From Elusimicrobiota bacterium (lineage in GTDB: Bacteria; Elusimicrobiota; Elusimicrobia; UBA1565; UBA9628), in the NCBI GenBank assembly GCA_023249645.1, contig JAHFCF010000002.1:64806-128805 (forward strand): a DNA stretch of 64,000 bases, written 5' to 3'. Shown one piece after another: positions 1 to 9,202 of the stretch. A program made the translations under genes and the position numbers. Under the pieces are notes generated by a model. The model had not been told where the DNA came from, made no database searches, and saw nothing but the letters and a program-made list of their open reading frames with translations. Within the stretch, counting starts at the first letter, position 1. The number at the start of each line of letters is the position of its first letter.

Positions 1-2107
1 CGCCGAAGAGGCCGGTGGCGATCTGCGTGATGATGTGGTCCGCATAAGGCTTGAGCTCGTCGGGATAGCCTCCCTCGCCGGTCGAGGTGAAGGTGTGCAG
101 GCGCTGAGCGGCCAAGGCGCGCCCCTGCATGACGGCCAGCGACACGGATCCATAGGACATCCCGCCGCCGTAGATCGGCAAGCCCAGCCGGATGCGCGGG
201 CCTTCCGGGCGGCGGTTGAGGTCCAAGGACAGATCGACATCCTCGGGCCGGATCTTGCTCGGCGGGCTTGAACGCCAGCGCAACAGATCAAACCCTCCGC
301 CGGAGTCGCCGCGAGGCTCGTCCGATCCGTCATTCTTCCCGTGGGCGCGGGCGTCTCGCCAGACACCTTGCAGCAGGCCAGCTGTCCAACGCTTGTCTCC
401 CAAGGTGCGCGGCAACTCGGAGGGCTCCACGCGGATGGCCTGCCAGGGGCAGATCTTGACGCAGGATTGCGTGCCGGAAAGGCAGGACTGCCCGGTGCAG
501 CGATCATGACGAGGCTCATCGAGCTTGAGCTTTCCGTCCCCTCGGGAAAACACCCCCTGAGGACAGGCCGGCACGCAGAGTCCGCAGTCCGTGCAGCGGG
601 CCCGGTCGATCAAGACGTTGAAGGAGGGCAGATCATCGGCGAATCTGGAAAGGCAAGAGTCCGTATTCGTAGTCTTCGTCTCCTCCGGCAAGCGGGGAGG
701 GACTTTCGCCTGCGAGGACGATGGTCCAGAGGCCATCGTCAGTCTTTTCTTAAAATCCTGACGCGCGGCGTCGGCGAAGATGGCCCGGCCGGTCTCTCCG
801 CGCAGGCGGCGCACGTCGCGCATGCCCATGGCTCCCAGGACCTCGAGGAGCTGGTCGCGCCAGGCCAACATCAGGTTGATCATGCGCGTAGCGCCCCATT
901 GCGGATCCACCTTCTCCAGACCCCGCGGACAGGGATGCCCGGATCGGCATTCGCCGCAGAGGTGGCATTCGAGGGCCACGAAGAGCGGCAGGTCGACCAT
1001 GACGGCGTCCGCGCCCAGGATGATGGCCTTGGGCACGTGCTCGGCCGCGATGATGCCGCCCGAGGCCAAGAGGGTCACGCGGTCGCGCAGTCCGGCCTCC
1101 ACGAGGCCGAGATGGACCTGGCGCAAGCGGGAGATCAAGGTCTCCCCGTCGGGCATGAGCCCCAGACTGTCGCCCGCCAGATGCAGGGTCTCTCCCATCC
1201 CGCCAGCAAGCCGCAGCGCCTCGGCCAATGACTCCTTGCCACCCGAGAGGCGATGCACGGTCAGGAGCTGGGGATTGATCCGCTTGGCCAGCGGCGCGGT
1301 CTCATCCGTCCAGGTGCCCGGCAAGAACTCCACCATGCTCGCCCATTCGAGCAGCTGGCGGTGCCGTTGCAAGTCCTGGGCGTCGATGCGCACGATGAGA
1401 TGGTTGAAATGCTCCTTCAGGGCTCCCGGCAGTCCATCGGCGGCAATGGCAGCGAAGCTGCTCAGCGCGCGCGCGCAGAGGGCCAGAGCCTTGAGGGCTC
1501 CCGGAGCGTCGCCCACGCCCGGAAGGTCCGGGACCTGGAAGAGGACCGGCAGGGAGATCTCCCGCGTGGGCGGGATGGGGGTGAGGAGATTGCCCTCCTC
1601 ATCGTAGCGCATGCCGCAGAGGTTGGAAAGCTTGCGGCCGAGGTCGACGACAGTTGAGATGTGCTCTCGGCCGTGGATGCCGTCGCGGGTGGGACGAACG
1701 ATCTCGGACATGTCCGTCCAGAGGCCGTCGAAGCCGGCGCCGTCGAAGGGGCCGCCGTAGCCGGCCCCGCTGACCGGGATCTTGCCGGTCGAGGCCTGCT
1801 CGAGGGTGACGCGCATGACCGCCGGCGGGAAAGAGGCGTCGCCCTGTTTCAGGAAAGCGGGGTCCTCGATCATGCGCAGGGCATGGCGCGGACAGTCGAA
1901 AACGCAGGCGAAGCACGCCCGGCAGCAGGCCCCATCCGGCTCGGCCATGAGGCGCAGATCCTCCGGCCTGCGGGAGTGGCACTCGTAGGGGCAGGACGCG
2001 ATGCAGGTCCCGCAGGAGATGCAGCGGTCGCTGCGCTCCACGCGCCGGGGCGCCAGCACGGGGAAGCGGCCCGCGGCGCGCCGGGACTTCTCCGATGAGC
2101 CGCTCAT
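1..2107 (-). CDS. Fe-S/FMN glutamate-synthase-related protein with tandem [ferredoxin + GltB FMN-binding-like] modules; 3' end runs off the window
   Basis: Not in the ORF track (no stop in window). My translation from ATG 2107 (ATGA overlap with upstream stop) is open to position 1: CISCGTCIASCP...CRACFACVFDCP, GFDGLWTDMSEIVRPTRDGIHGRE, LLASGGIIAAEHVPKAIILGAD; then second module CTDCGLCVPACP...GGGMSYGSVS...STGEGGY...QIATGLFG. Confidence 0.85.
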   Translation of the reverse strand, partial: MSGSSEKSRRAAGRFPVLAPRRVERSDRCISCGTCIASCPYECHSRRPEDLRLMAEPDGACCRACFACVFDCPRHALRMIEDPAFLKQGDASFPPAVMRVTLEQASTGKIPVSGAGYGGPFDGAGFDGLWTDMSEIVRPTRDGIHGREHISTVVDLGRKLSNLCGMRYDEEGNLLTPIPPTREISLPVLFQVPDLPGVGDAPGALKALALCARALSSFAAIAADGLPGALKEHFNHLIVRIDAQDLQRHRQLLEWASMVEFLPGTWTDETAPLAKRINPQLLTVHRLSGGKESLAEALRLAGGMGETLHLAGDSLGLMPDGETLISRLRQVHLGLVEAGLRDRVTLLASGGIIAAEHVPKAIILGADAVMVDLPLFVALECHLCGECRSGHPCPRGLEKVDPQWGATRMINLMLAWRDQLLEVLGAMGMRDVRRLRGETGRAIFADAARQDFKKRLTMASGPSSSQAKVPPRLPEETKTTNTDSCLSRFADDLPSFNVLIDRARCTDCGLCVPACPQGVFSRGDGKLKLDEPRHDRCTGQSCLSGTQSCVKICPWQAIRVEPSELPRTLGDKRWTAGLLQGVWRDARAHGKNDGSDEPRGDSGGGFDLLRWRSSPPSKIRPEDVDLSLDLNRRPEGPRIRLGLPIYGGGMSYGSVSLAVMQGRALAAQRLHTFTSTGEGGYPDELKPYADHIITQIATGLFG

Positions 2108-4014
2108 CGGGATGTCCCTGGCCGCCACTCAGGCCGCAGAAGTCCATAGGACTGCGCCACTTCCGGGGAGATCTTGTCCACCCTGGCCGCGAAATCCGCG
2201 ATGAGCTTGTCCGGCCTGCCGTGGAGCAAGGCCACAGATTTTTCCAGGACATCGTAGCAGGCGCGCAAAGGCAAGGCGGTCTGGCAGACCTCCTCGCAGA
2301 GCCCGCAATGCACGCATTGGAACATGCTCTGGGCGGCTTCGGCGGAAAGCCCATGCCCTAAAGCCTGCGCCGCCTCGAGCTTGCCGCGCGCGGTGGTGAG
2401 TTCTTCGCGGGTCACGATCCAGGCCGGGCAGACTGCGATGCAGGAACCGCAGGCCGTGCAGCGCTCGGCGGTCTCCTTGAGGAGCGCTGGGCCAGAGGCC
2501 GCCGCATCCGGCACGGACCATGCCTCGCCCGTGGGCCGGGCCAAGCCACGCGCCGCCAGGCCCAGGAGGGGGGAAAACCACCGGGCCAGCCGCAAACCGA
2601 TGACGTGAAGGATCGGTTGCAGGATCCAATCCCGCAAACTGAAGAAACCTGGCCTGGAAAGCGACTTGTGCGGGTTGAGGAGATTGTGCGGGTCGACCTG
2701 GGCCTTGAGCGCCGACCTTCGGGATCTGACGAAGGGCAGGTTCCAGAGGCCGATCCCGTAAGGCCGTCCGCCGAAAGTCAGGGCCGCATGGGTGAGCAGC
2801 TGCACCAGAAGGAGGCGCAGTGGGTAATCCGCCCCGGCCGGGTCGCAGAGAAAAGTGAGGATGACCACCGAGTCCAGACTGTCCTGGGACTGATGGAACG
2901 ATGTCTCGCAGGCCAGTTCATCTCCGAACCGTTGCGCCAGGCGTCGGGCATCGGCCAGATAGGCCGGCAGCCGGCCGTGCGGCAGGAGGACCTCGCTGGC
3001 CAGCATGCCGGGCCCGCGGCGCTGGGCCTTCATGGGGTAGAACCGTTCAGACCAAAGATAGCGCGCGGCCAAGACCGCGGCAACGCGGTGCGGGGGCAAT
3101 CCTTTATGCTCCAGGAATTTCCCCGCTGACGCGGCATCGTCGAAATGAAGGAGCACCGCGCTTTGGGCTTCCACGATGTCATCCTTCAGGCCGGTCTTGT
3201 CCTTGAACAGGGCGTTCTCTTCCTTAAGACGCGCCGCATCGTAGGATTGAAGGTGCGTGGGCTTGTGCTGAGACGCGATCACGGCCTCCAGGAACGAAGA
3301 GGCTCTCTGGTCGTCGTCAAAGTAGAACAAAAGGGGGTGGCTCTCCCGCGCCGCCGGACGCAAGGCCAAGGTGAGCTCAGTGATGAGCCCGAGCTGACCC
3401 TCGGCGCCAAAAAAATCAGCCATCCGGGGATCCGAGGACTTAAGGTCCCAGACCTCGCCGCAAGGCATCACCACGCGCATTCCCTGGACCGCCTCACGAA
3501 GAGGACCGTACTTAAAGCCGTTCAAGCCTCGGCCGCCGGTCGAGACCCAGCCCGCGACGGTTGAAAAAAGGCCGGTCGGCGTGGTCCTGGGAGCCAGACC
3601 ATGCGGCGAGACGGCATCCACAAGATCAGCCCAGCGCACCCCCGGCTCTACCGTGGCCGTGCGGGCCGCTGGATCCACGGACAGCACGCGGTTCATGGAC
3701 GAGAAGTCAGCCACGACCCCGGCCTCGGTCGGGACCGCGCCGCCAAAGGCCGAACTCGACACCCCGCGCGCAAAGAGGGCCAGCCCGCGCTCCCGGCAGA
3801 ATTCGGTCAGGACTAAGACGTCGTCCTGCGTCCGCGGCTGGACCACCAGGAGGGGGGAGCGGGGCAATAGCGCGCGTTCCATGAAACCCGGCAGACGGGC
3901 GAGGTCACGACGGCACAGGCTCCGCTCGAAATCGTCGGCGATGACCCGGCTGCCGACGGAAAGACGAGGACGGAGCGCTTCGACGGCCTCGGCGGCTGAT
4001 GAGCGCGCTGTCAT
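2104..4014 (-). CDS. FAD-binding oxidoreductase (GlcD/D-lactate dehydrogenase-like) with C-terminal 2x[4Fe-4S] domain
   Basis: ARGVSSSAFGGAVP, TVEPGVRW, STVAGWVSTGG, GAEGQLGLITE, DPHNLLNP, plus CTACGSCIAVCP and CVHCGLCEEVC; start moved to ATG 4014 because the longer ORF overlaps the OsmC gene. Confidence 0.85.
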   Translation of the reverse strand: MTARSSAAEAVEALRPRLSVGSRVIADDFERSLCRRDLARLPGFMERALLPRSPLLVVQPRTQDDVLVLTEFCRERGLALFARGVSSSAFGGAVPTEAGVVADFSSMNRVLSVDPAARTATVEPGVRWADLVDAVSPHGLAPRTTPTGLFSTVAGWVSTGGRGLNGFKYGPLREAVQGMRVVMPCGEVWDLKSSDPRMADFFGAEGQLGLITELTLALRPAARESHPLLFYFDDDQRASSFLEAVIASQHKPTHLQSYDAARLKEENALFKDKTGLKDDIVEAQSAVLLHFDDAASAGKFLEHKGLPPHRVAAVLAARYLWSERFYPMKAQRRGPGMLASEVLLPHGRLPAYLADARRLAQRFGDELACETSFHQSQDSLDSVVILTFLCDPAGADYPLRLLLVQLLTHAALTFGGRPYGIGLWNLPFVRSRRSALKAQVDPHNLLNPHKSLSRPGFFSLRDWILQPILHVIGLRLARWFSPLLGLAARGLARPTGEAWSVPDAAASGPALLKETAERCTACGSCIAVCPAWIVTREELTTARGKLEAAQALGHGLSAEAAQSMFQCVHCGLCEEVCQTALPLRACYDVLEKSVALLHGRPDKLIADFAARVDKISPEVAQSYGLLRPEWRPGTSR

Positions 4015-4075
4015 GAGGAAGGTATAGATGATTATACCAAATGCACGATCAACCGCTGAGGACCACTGGGCCGAC

Positions 4076-4471
4076 TCACACCACCCGCGTCTTGATCTCG
4101 AATTGGGGCGGCGCCTGCAGGTGGCGCTTGACCGTGCAGAGGTTGGCGGCGCTGACCAGGCTGTCTTTATACTTTTCAGGAAAACTCTTGGGGATACGGA
4201 TCTCGAGGCTGATCCGGGTCGCCAAGTGCTTATCCGGATCCCAAAGAGCCGTCTGCACGAGCTCGATGCCATCCGTAGGGATGCGGCGTTTCCGGCAGAA
4301 GCTGAGCACGAAAAAGCCCGCGCAGGTGCCCAGGGAGGCCAAGAACAGCTGGAAGGGCGAGGGAGCCAGACCTTCGCCTCCATCCTCCAGCGGCTGATCG
4401 GTCAGGACCTTGAGCCCCGCAAAATCAGCAGCCACCTTCTGATTTCCTTGAAAGCTGATCCTCATTTCCAT
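4076..4471 (-). CDS. OsmC/Ohr family protein
   Basis: TDQP..GGEG.APSPFQLFLASLGTC and second Cys in LCTVKRHL; GGAGG 6 nt before ATG 4471. Confidence 0.9.
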   Translation of the reverse strand: MEMRISFQGNQKVAADFAGLKVLTDQPLEDGGEGLAPSPFQLFLASLGTCAGFFVLSFCRKRRIPTDGIELVQTALWDPDKHLATRISLEIRIPKSFPEKYKDSLVSAANLCTVKRHLQAPPQFEIKTRVV

Positions 4472-4489
4472 GTTCATCCTCCTCAGGGC

Positions 4490-4524
4490 TAGACAAGTAT
4501 ATAATAATATTATAATATTTTAAT
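4490..4524. promoter_or_regulatory. AT-rich divergent promoter with perfect 14-bp palindrome AATATTATAATATT (4506-4519); probable ArsR operator
   Basis: Palindrome overlaps TATAAT (4511-4516) between divergent OsmC and ArsR genes; TAGACA at 4490-4495. Confidence 0.6.
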
Positions 4525-4830
4525 ATGAATAACAAGGCGCTTGAATCCATGCTTCAAAGCTGCGAGACGACCGCCCGCATCCTGAAGATGCTGGCCCACC
4601 CCCGCCGACTGCAGATCCTCTGCCATCTCTGCGGCGACGAGAAGACCGTGGGGGAGCTCGAGCGCCTGTGCGGCGCCTCGCAGTCCCAGGTCTCGCAGTT
4701 TCTGGGACGCATGAGCAGCGAGGGGCTGGTGGCCGGGCGCCGCACGGGCCATCACGTCTCCTACCGCATCGAAGACCCGCAGATCCTCGCGCTCATCTTG
4801 TCCCTGCACAAGATCTTCTGTCCCCGCTAA
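4525..4830 (+). CDS. ArsR/SmtB family repressor, BigR/YgaV/SqrR (persulfide-sensing) type
   Basis: LKMLAHPRRLQILC...HTH...LHKIFCP; Cys in helix 2 and at the C-terminus as in BigR/YgaV; adjacent rhodanese. Confidence 0.85.
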   Translation: MNNKALESMLQSCETTARILKMLAHPRRLQILCHLCGDEKTVGELERLCGASQSQVSQFLGRMSSEGLVAGRRTGHHVSYRIEDPQILALILSLHKIFCPR

Positions 4831-4840
4831 GGAGGCGACC

Positions 4841-5335
4841 ATGCAACCCGTGATCCTGGACGTGAGAGAAAAAGACGAGTTCGAGGCGGAGCATGTCCCC
4901 GGCTCGCTCTGGGTGCCTCTCTCGCAATTCGCGCAGCAGGCTCCGGGCGTGCTGCAGAATCTCGTCGGCAAGCAGGTCCTGATCCTGTGCCGCAGCGGCA
5001 ACAGGGCGCGGCTGGCTCGCCAACAGATCGCGCAGCTCGGCTTCGCGGACCAGATCCGCTGCGAGGTCTACGCGGGGGGGATCCTGGAGTGGGCCAAGCA
5101 GGGCAAGCCCGTGGTGACGCGCCAGAAGAGCCATCTTCCGGTCATGCGCCAGGTCCTGCTGATCGCCGGCCTTCTGGTCTTGGTTTCGGTCCTTCTGAGT
5201 TTTCTTCTGGATCAGCGCATCGCCTGGCTCGCGGCGCTCATCGGCGCCGGCCTTGCTTTTGCCGGCCTCACGGGATTCTGCCTGTTGGCCGAGCTCCTGG
5301 CCAAGATGCCCTGGAATCAGACTCCGAACTCATAG
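4841..5335 (+). CDS. Rhodanese-domain membrane protein with DUF2892 (YgaP-like)
   Basis: ILDVRE.DEF..EHVPG, active-site CRSGNR, C-terminal GAGLAFAGLTGFC...LAKMPWN; AGGAGG RBS. Confidence 0.9.
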   Translation: MQPVILDVREKDEFEAEHVPGSLWVPLSQFAQQAPGVLQNLVGKQVLILCRSGNRARLARQQIAQLGFADQIRCEVYAGGILEWAKQGKPVVTRQKSHLPVMRQVLLIAGLLVLVSVLLSFLLDQRIAWLAALIGAGLAFAGLTGFCLLAELLAKMPWNQTPNS

Positions 5336-5376
5336 CGACAGGGACTTTCCCAAGCAATCCGCTAAGAGTGGGCGGC

Positions 5377-6582
5377 TTAACGCCGGGAGCGTCGGCGGTA
5401 GCGGCCCCAGTTCATGTCCGCGAAAGTCTTGGGCCGGGGAGGCGTGAGGTGCGGCGGGGCGCTGTATTTGAAATCGGGGAGGACCGCCCGCGGGAACACG
5501 ATGCCCACGAAGCGTTCGATGGCGCCCAAAAATGGCTGTTCGTCCAAGGCCATCAGGGTGATGGCGTCACCCACGCCGTAGGCGCGGGCCGTGCGGCCGA
5601 CGCGGTGCACGTAATCCTCCGGGTGGCGCGGCACGTCGTAATTGATGACGTGGCTGATCTCCTTGACGTCGATGCCGCGCGCCGCGATGTCCGTGGCCAC
5701 CAGGATCTTGATGCGGCCCTTGCGGAAGTTCTCCATGGCGTCCGTGCGCTGGCCCTGGGTGCGGTCCGCGTGCAAAACGCCCACGGAGAAGCCCTTGTCC
5801 TTGAGCCGTCGGGTCACATTGTCGGCTCCGTGCTTGGTCCGGCAGAACACGAGCCCCGAGTTGATCTCGGTGGCCTGGAGCAGAGTCACCAGGAACTCGG
5901 ATTTTTGATTCTGGGCGACGGGATAGACCACCTGGCTGATGCCCTCGGCCACCGACGTCGGCCGGGAGATCTGGATGCGCTGGGGATCCTTCATCGCGAA
6001 GGCGGCCACGCGCTCGATCTCGGGCACCAGCGTGGCGGAGAAGAGCATGGTCTGGCGCTTGGTCGGCACGCGGCGGATGATCTCGCGGATGTCCGGCAAA
6101 AAACCCATGTCGAGCATCCTGTCCGCCTCGTCAAGAACCAAAAACTCGACCTGGTCGAGGCGGAAGGTCCCCTGTCTCAAGTGATCCAAAAGCCTGCCGG
6201 GCGTCGCCACGAGCACTTGGGCGCCTTGGGCCAGGGCTTGGCGCTGGCCCTGATAGCCGACCCCGCCGATCACGATGGCGACCTTGATGGGCGTGAATCG
6301 CCCCAGATCGCGGAACGTCGTCTCCACCTGGGCGGCCAGCTCCCGGGTGGGCACGATGATCAGGGCGCGCAGGCCTGGGCGGGGGTGCTCGAGGAAACGA
6401 TGCAGGATGGGCAAGGAGAACGCCGCGGTCTTGCCGCTGCCGGTCTGCGCGCAGCCCAACAGGTCCAGGCCTTTCTGCGCCAGAGGGATGGCCTGCGCCT
6501 GTATGGGCGTGGGTTCGGCGAAACCCATGGCGCGGATCCCGCGCACGAGCTCCGGATGAAGGCCGAGTTTAGTGAATGGCAT
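5377..6582 (-). CDS. DEAD-box RNA helicase (RhlE-like)
   Basis: Q motif PTPIQ, AQTGSGKT, PTRELA, TPGRL, DEAD, SAT, ARGID, HRVGRTAR. Confidence 0.97.
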   Translation of the reverse strand: MPFTKLGLHPELVRGIRAMGFAEPTPIQAQAIPLAQKGLDLLGCAQTGSGKTAAFSLPILHRFLEHPRPGLRALIIVPTRELAAQVETTFRDLGRFTPIKVAIVIGGVGYQGQRQALAQGAQVLVATPGRLLDHLRQGTFRLDQVEFLVLDEADRMLDMGFLPDIREIIRRVPTKRQTMLFSATLVPEIERVAAFAMKDPQRIQISRPTSVAEGISQVVYPVAQNQKSEFLVTLLQATEINSGLVFCRTKHGADNVTRRLKDKGFSVGVLHADRTQGQRTDAMENFRKGRIKILVATDIAARGIDVKEISHVINYDVPRHPEDYVHRVGRTARAYGVGDAITLMALDEQPFLGAIERFVGIVFPRAVLPDFKYSAPPHLTPPRPKTFADMNWGRYRRRSRR

Positions 6583-7022
6583 CAGGCCGCGGCAGACGGA
6601 TCAGGCGGGGGGAGATAATCGACCTCGATCTTGTATTGCGCCTGGCAGCCGCAGGTGTCCTTCGCTCCGGCATAGAGAGGCTCGCGGCACGAGACGCTGC
6701 CCTCGGCCACGGCCTGGCGCTGGCCGATGGCGCGGGACACGGCCTCGCTGAAATCGAAACGCCCCACGCCGCAGCGGCCAGGACACGACGCGTCCCACCG
6801 GCATGCGTCATTGGCCTGAAGCGTGAGGGCCTTTTCCTCCAGCAGCTGCTGCTGGGGGGTGAGGAATCTCAGGGTGAAAGCCAACTGACGCACGGACGGA
6901 TATCGGGCCTGCAAGGTCGCTCCGGAACTTTCCCGGGAACGCGCATCCGCCGCGCGCTGGACCTTCTCCTCGTTCTTGTTGGCGCCCTGGCTCTTGCGGC
7001 GCTTCTTGAAATATCCTGCCAT
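6582..7022 (-). CDS. Hypothetical Cys-rich protein, possibly Zn-binding
   Basis: Basic N-terminus; CPGRC...GRFDFS...C...C.C; TGATG overlap with the helicase start. Confidence 0.7.
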   Translation of the reverse strand: MAGYFKKRRKSQGANKNEEKVQRAADARSRESSGATLQARYPSVRQLAFTLRFLTPQQQLLEEKALTLQANDACRWDASCPGRCGVGRFDFSEAVSRAIGQRQAVAEGSVSCREPLYAGAKDTCGCQAQYKIEVDYLPPPDPSAAA

Positions 7023-7109
7023 GACTGTCTGCAGTATAGCATTTAAACCGGAGCCCGCAAGGAATGGCGAGGGGGCTTTTCTTTCCTTAATGATATGTTA
7101 GAATGCCTC

Positions 7110-7580
7110 ATGCTCCCGTTCACGCGCGCCGCGTTCCTTCTGGCGCTCCTGCTCGGAGCCTGCGCGCGCCCGGAGACTGCCGAGAAGCTCCCGGACATCA
7201 AGCTGCCGACGGTCTCGGCCCAGCCCGCCCCCTCTCTGGCCTCCTGTCCCGCCAAGAAATGCCTGACCGTCTATGTCGCGCCCTGGTGCGGCTACTGCCG
7301 GGCCGCCACGCCCATGCTCCTGAAGCTGCGCAAATACCTGCGCCAGAACCAGGAGGAGATGCGCTTCATCGTGGGCAAGGACCGCCTGGCGGCCCTGAGA
7401 GAATACGGCCGCGTGTTCGGGCCGGACACCCTGCTGGACGTAGACGACGCCTTCGCCGTCGACGGGGTGCCCCATTTCTTCGTCAGCGACCCGAACGGAA
7501 CCATCCTCAAGGAAGTCTCCGGCGTTCCCTCTGGAGACTATCCTCCCGAAGAGATCGCCGGCTATTTCGGCCTGCCCTAG
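7110..7580 (+). CDS. Thioredoxin-fold lipoprotein (TlpA-like)
   Basis: Lipobox LLLGAC, APWCGYC, cis-Pro loop GVPHF. Confidence 0.85.
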   Translation: MLPFTRAAFLLALLLGACARPETAEKLPDIKLPTVSAQPAPSLASCPAKKCLTVYVAPWCGYCRAATPMLLKLRKYLRQNQEEMRFIVGKDRLAALREYGRVFGPDTLLDVDDAFAVDGVPHFFVSDPNGTILKEVSGVPSGDYPPEEIAGYFGLP

Positions 7581-7583
7581 GGC

Positions 7584-8309
7584 TTATCTTCGGCCGTCGT
7601 AGAGATTCTTATGGACCGCAGTATCCCTGAGACTTTTTTGGGGGGACTTCGCTATGTCCAGGAGGATTTTCAGGAACTCCCAAGGGCTGTAGAGGGCGAA
7701 CTTCCGACCTGAACTGACATGCCTCGGCTGGGTCAAGATGAGAAAGTCCAGACCGCGCGGTTTGGCCCAGAGCCGGAGCTTGCGGCTCAAGCCCAATTCC
7801 TCGCCCGCGGCGAGTTCCGGAGGGAATCCCCCGACCGCGCGGAAAGCATCGGCACGGCAGAAGACAAAGGAGCCCGCGGCCCACTTCAGGGCGAGCGAGA
7901 ACAGCGTCCAAAGGCCCACTAAGAGGGCTCCCCACCAGGGCTTCTCATCCAGATCGATGAGCGATCCGCCGCCGACACAGCGGCCGCTCTGCGCGGCGGC
8001 GAGCACCGCCGACAAGGACGCGGTCGAAAGCCGGGAATCCGCGTCGATGAACAAGAACCACTCGCCCAAAGCGGCGGCCGCACCCGCGTTGCGCGCGCAA
8101 GAGATGCGGCGGATCGGCTCGCGGACCACCGTCGCCCCGGCTTCCCGCGCCAGGCGGGGCGTGGCATCCGTGGAGGCGTTGTCGCAGACGACGATCTCCC
8201 AGGACAGATCCGGCCGGCCGCAGCCGGCCAGGGCGGCCTGCACGCTCTGAAGACAACCGGACAGGAGCTTTTCCTCATTGTAGGCCGGGATGATGATGGA
8301 GAGTTTCAA
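7584..8309 (-). CDS. Glycosyltransferase family 2
   Basis: LSIIIPAYNEE, VCDNASTD, ARNAGA, FIDADS; start estimated at TTG 8309. Confidence 0.88.
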   Translation of the reverse strand: MKLSIIIPAYNEEKLLSGCLQSVQAALAGCGRPDLSWEIVVCDNASTDATPRLAREAGATVVREPIRRISCARNAGAAAALGEWFLFIDADSRLSTASLSAVLAAAQSGRCVGGGSLIDLDEKPWWGALLVGLWTLFSLALKWAAGSFVFCRADAFRAVGGFPPELAAGEELGLSRKLRLWAKPRGLDFLILTQPRHVSSGRKFALYSPWEFLKILLDIAKSPQKSLRDTAVHKNLYDGRR

Positions 8310-8325
8310 GGTCGGGGCCTGCCGC

Positions 8326-8526
8326 CTAGACTTTGCGCGCCACGATGAACCAGATGGCGGCCACCAAGGCAAAAACAGCGATGAAAAAAACGATCGGGAC
8401 GATCGACCAGGTCGTGCCCACCGTCGGCATGTCGTCGGACTCATCGGCGAAGGATTCGGGGCAATTGGGACACACACGGGCATCCCGGGGGACCTCGGTC
8501 TTGCAGGAAGGGCAGCGCTTTGTCAT
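8326..8526 (-). CDS. Small zinc-ribbon membrane protein
   Basis: CPSC-x10-CPNC followed by one C-terminal TM helix. Confidence 0.75.
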   Translation of the reverse strand: MTKRCPSCKTEVPRDARVCPNCPESFADESDDMPTVGTTWSIVPIVFFIAVFALVAAIWFIVARKV

Positions 8527-8545
8527 GGCCGGGTAGGATAGCAAA

Positions 8546-9202
8546 TCAGAGCCGCTTCAAAGCCTCCTCAGCCACACGACGATAGCGCGGATCCTTGCTC
8601 GTGTCCTGGATGAGACGGTAAAGGGCGGCAGCCTTCTCTTGCTGGCCGCATTGAGCATAGAGATACGCCATCATGTTCTTGATCATGGCCGGACAGTCGC
8701 TCTCTCCCAGGATCGGCTCCAGGATCCGGATGACTCCCGCCTTGTCGCCGCGGCGGTGCAGGCCGATGGCCGCGACATAGGCCTGATATTGAACGTTATG
8801 CGCGTCGCGGCTCAAGGCGACTTGCAGCACGCGCAAGGCCTCGTCGGGGCGGTTGAGATTGAAGGCCAGAGCCCCTGACGCATAGAGCGTCGCGTAGGTG
8901 AACGTGGGATCCACGTCGAGGATGCGCAGGGCGCGCGCGGCGAGTTCCGGATAGGCGCTGGAAACCGCCTGCGTCACTTGCTCTTCCTCTTCGGCGCCGG
9001 GCTGGGGCGTCCCGTAATAGATGAGAAGGCGTATGAATCCCAAGTCCGCGGCAAGCCGGCGCATCCCCAACGAAAGCAAGCCCGCGGACTCGACCGCGTT
9101 GTCAGCAACCAGGCCCTGGCTTAAGGGAGAAGAGGCGGGGCGCAGATGGAAGGACGCGGCGTTCAAGGCCGCGCACAGGCCGAGAGCCACCACCCAGCGC
9201 AT
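8546..9202 (-). CDS. TPR-like membrane-anchored protein (PilG/XapA-like ABC accessory)
   Basis: N-terminal hydrophobic segment, RRLAADLGFIRLLIYYG...ILDVDPTF, TPR-like helices; overlaps the permease stop. Confidence 0.6.
   Translation of the reverse strand: MRWVVALGLCAALNAASFHLRPASSPLSQGLVADNAVESAGLLSLGMRRLAADLGFIRLLIYYGTPQPGAEEEEQVTQAVSSAYPELAARALRILDVDPTFTYATLYASGALAFNLNRPDEALRVLQVALSRDAHNVQYQAYVAAIGLHRRGDKAGVIRILEPILGESDCPAMIKNMMAYLYAQCGQQEKAAALYRLIQDTSKDPRYRRVAEEALKRL

Noticed and set aside
35-2361. Plus-strand ORFs at the left end, and other long antisense ORFs such as 4987-6618, 38287-39711, 57031-58233 and 61317-62516
   Set aside because: They are shadow frames opposite recognisable genes, expected in high-GC DNA, with no motifs or RBS.
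5340-5355. Single GGGACTTTCCC box-like sequence
   Set aside because: It is isolated, a poor match, and lies between convergent 3' ends without the 24/23 spacing.
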